Positions 54,758 to 56,799 of a DNA stretch of 56,799 bases are shown here, in pieces. The notes under the pieces were generated by a model. The model was not told where the DNA came from. It did no database searches and saw nothing but the letters and a program-made list of their open reading frames with translations. Source of the stretch: Thermoplasmata archaeon (GTDB lineage Archaea > Thermoplasmatota > Thermoplasmata > Lutacidiplasmatales > UBA184); NCBI GenBank assembly GCA_030037815.1, contig JASHPZ010000017.1:1-56799 (forward strand). Reading direction: 5' to 3'. The first letter of the stretch is position 1. Every line of letters begins with the position of its first letter. Both the position numbers and the translations under genes were made by a program.

Positions 54758-56785
54758 ATGGCGATCAGCACCCCCCCCGGTGAGAGCCGGCCGTTGAGCG
54801 AAGTGCCGACGCCCGAGGCGCCGGCGCCCGAGGCGCCGCTCGCGCCTCCGGCCGACGAGGACCCGAGCCACCCGACGGTCCTGACGATCAAGGACCTCAA
54901 GACCTACTTCTTCACGTACGACGGCGTCGTCAAGGCGCTCGACGGCGTCTCGCTGTCGATCCGCGGCGGCGAGACGACCGGCCTGGTCGGAGAGACCGGC
55001 TGCGGGAAGAGCGTCACCGCCTTCTCTGTGACCCGGCTGATCGCGGACCCCCCCGGCCGCGTGATGAGCGGCGAGATCCGGTTCCGCGGTACGAACCTCC
55101 TTTGGGGGCTCGACAAGGAGGCGAAGTTCCTCCCGATCAAGGGGACGGACCGCGTGAAGGTGAAGCGGTCGTTCCGCCGGATCAAGGACGCCTCCGAGCG
55201 GATGTCCTCGGTCCGCGGCCGGTCGATCGCGACGATCTTCCAGGAGCCGACCCAGGCGATGAACCCCGTCTTCTCGATCTCCAACCAGCTCGGCGAGGTG
55301 CTGCTCCTCCACCGCGGCGTCCGCATCATCGACGAGATGCTCGCCGTGACCCCGCGCGCGGAGGGCGTCGGTCCGGCGATCGACGCGCTCCTCCAGGCCG
55401 CCGCGGCCGGGAAGCGCGAGGAGATGCGCGCGGCCGCGAACCAGCTGGGCGAGATCGTCCACGCGCCGTCGTTCGCGACCGAGGCGTACTACATCGCGCG
55501 CGCGGCCGGCCCGGCCGCGCTCGAGGCCGAGCCGAAGATCCGGCGCGCGCTGCGTCGGATCGAGAAGTACGCGTTCGTCGGCCAGCGGAACCCGAAGGGA
55601 TTCCCCGAGGCGATCGCGGCGTTCGTCGCCGCGGCGCGCGCCAAGGACGACGCGCAGATCCGCGCGGCGGCCGCCCAGCTCGGCCAGGTGACGCGCTCCT
55701 CCCGCCTCGCCCGCGCGGCGGTCCAGATCGCGAAGTCGCCGTCCGTCGCTCCCGACCAGCTCGAGACCGAGATCCGCCGCTCGTTCGAGCGGGCGAACGC
55801 CCACGGGGCCCGACGGTACCTCCTGCACCGCCAGCGCCTGTTGCGGGTCGAGGACGACCTCCGCTCCACCTACTTCCGCGAGATGACGGAGGAGAAGCCG
55901 CTCTCCGGCGCGCGCCGCCGGCTGCGGGCGATCCGCCTGCGGGAGCGGTGGGGGCACTTCTACTACGGCATCCGCGGCGTGAAGGGCCGCGTCGAGAAGC
56001 CGTTGAACGACGAGCTGTTCTACCGGGTCGTCCGACTCCTCGAGGGGGTCTCGATCGCGAACCCCGTCCAGGTCGCCCGCGGCTACCCGCACGAGCTCTC
56101 GGGCGGGATGCTCCAGCGCGTGATGATCGCGATGGCTCTGTCGAGCGAGCCCGAGCTCTTGATCGCGGACGAGCCGACCACCGCGCTCGACGTGACCGTG
56201 CAGGCCCAGATCCTGGACCTGATAGTGGACCTGCAGTCCGAGTTCGGGTCGGCGGTCATCATCATCACCCACGACCTCGGCGTGGTGGCCGAGGTCGCCG
56301 ACGACGTGCTTGTCATGTACGCCGGGCGAGTGGCGGAAAAGGGCAGCGCCAGCGACGTGTTCCGTCAGCCGGGGCATCCCTACGCCTGGGGCCTGCTCGG
56401 CTCCATGCCGCGGCTTGACGCGGCCCGGGTCGACCGGCTGCGTCCGATCCGCGGCACGCCGCCGAGCCTGATCAACGTGCCGTCGGGCTGCCCGTTCCAC
56501 CCGCGCTGTTCGTACCCGTCGCAGGTAAGCGGCGACCGGTGCCGGACCGAGGTGCCGCCGCTGCGGGAGACCGGGCCCGCGCACCAGGTGGCTTGTCACC
56601 TGACGCTGTCCAAGCAGCAGCAGATCTGGGCGGAACTCTCGCAGCCCGCCCCCGCCGAGCCAGCCCCTGCCGATGACGGGACCGCCGAGACGGAGGCCGG
56701 CGAGAAAGCCGCCCAGACGGCCGCCGCCCAGTCGGCCACCGTCGGCGAGCCGGGTCAGGACGTTACCGAAGTAGAGGCACCATGA
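54758..56785 (+). CDS. Oligopeptide ABC ATPase (OppD/DppD) with large helical insertion
   Basis: [36 protein letters not shown] and GCPFHPRC motifs. Confidence 0.93.
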   Translation: MAISTPPGESRPLSEVPTPEAPAPEAPLAPPADEDPSHPTVLTIKDLKTYFFTYDGVVKALDGVSLSIRGGETTGLVGETGCGKSVTAFSVTRLIADPPGRVMSGEIRFRGTNLLWGLDKEAKFLPIKGTDRVKVKRSFRRIKDASERMSSVRGRSIATIFQEPTQAMNPVFSISNQLGEVLLLHRGVRIIDEMLAVTPRAEGVGPAIDALLQAAAAGKREEMRAAANQLGEIVHAPSFATEAYYIARAAGPAALEAEPKIRRALRRIEKYAFVGQRNPKGFPEAIAAFVAAARAKDDAQIRAAAAQLGQVTRSSRLARAAVQIAKSPSVAPDQLETEIRRSFERANAHGARRYLLHRQRLLRVEDDLRSTYFREMTEEKPLSGARRRLRAIRLRERWGHFYYGIRGVKGRVEKPLNDELFYRVVRLLEGVSIANPVQVARGYPHELSGGMLQRVMIAMALSSEPELLIADEPTTALDVTVQAQILDLIVDLQSEFGSAVIIITHDLGVVAEVADDVLVMYAGRVAEKGSASDVFRQPGHPYAWGLLGSMPRLDAARVDRLRPIRGTPPSLINVPSGCPFHPRCSYPSQVSGDRCRTEVPPLRETGPAHQVACHLTLSKQQQIWAELSQPAPAEPAPADDGTAETEAGEKAAQTAAAQSATVGEPGQDVTEVEAP

Positions 56786-56799
56786 CCGACGACCTGCTG
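56782..56799 (+). CDS. Start of next gene (probably the second ATPase, OppF-like), truncated by the window end
   Basis: ATGA overlap with the oppD stop, GAGG upstream, reads MTDDLL. Confidence 0.45.

Overview
A gene-dense, very GC-rich archaeal chromosome segment. Archaeal markers include PCNA, S6e, aIF2-gamma, TFB, SRP54, Pth2, PurP and phosphopantothenate synthetase, plus TATA boxes about 25-30 nt before many start codons. Thermopsin-type FTESGLP repeats and a sedolisin suggest an acidophilic, soil or peat-type Thermoplasmatota; this is inference only. Most content is housekeeping and heterotrophic metabolism: thiolase, isovaleryl-CoA dehydrogenase, split methylmalonyl-CoA mutase with MeaB and epimerase, enolase-rpsB, pheST, prs, nadB, glycosyltransferases and two ABC systems. 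No CRISPR array, rRNA, integrase or transposase was seen. The most unusual items are: (1) a stand-alone Cas4-like protein built from two tandem domains, one apparently active and one degenerate, each ending in a four-Cys cluster; (2) an elaborated oligopeptide ABC system with a 1348-aa binding protein on a six-repeat Ig-like stalk, a permease carrying a circularly permuted copy of that repeat, and an ATPase with a duplicated helical insertion; (3) tRNA-Ser(GGA) with a 33-nt T-loop intron; (4) adjacent TrmB-V4R, MEDS and atypical TFB genes; (5) unannotated microproteins and a structured 5' leader; (6) a probable archaeal-to-bacterial chimeric junction in the last ~600 bp. All assignments come from motif recognition by eye; no searches were run. 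Several starts were moved downstream of the ORF-track starts.
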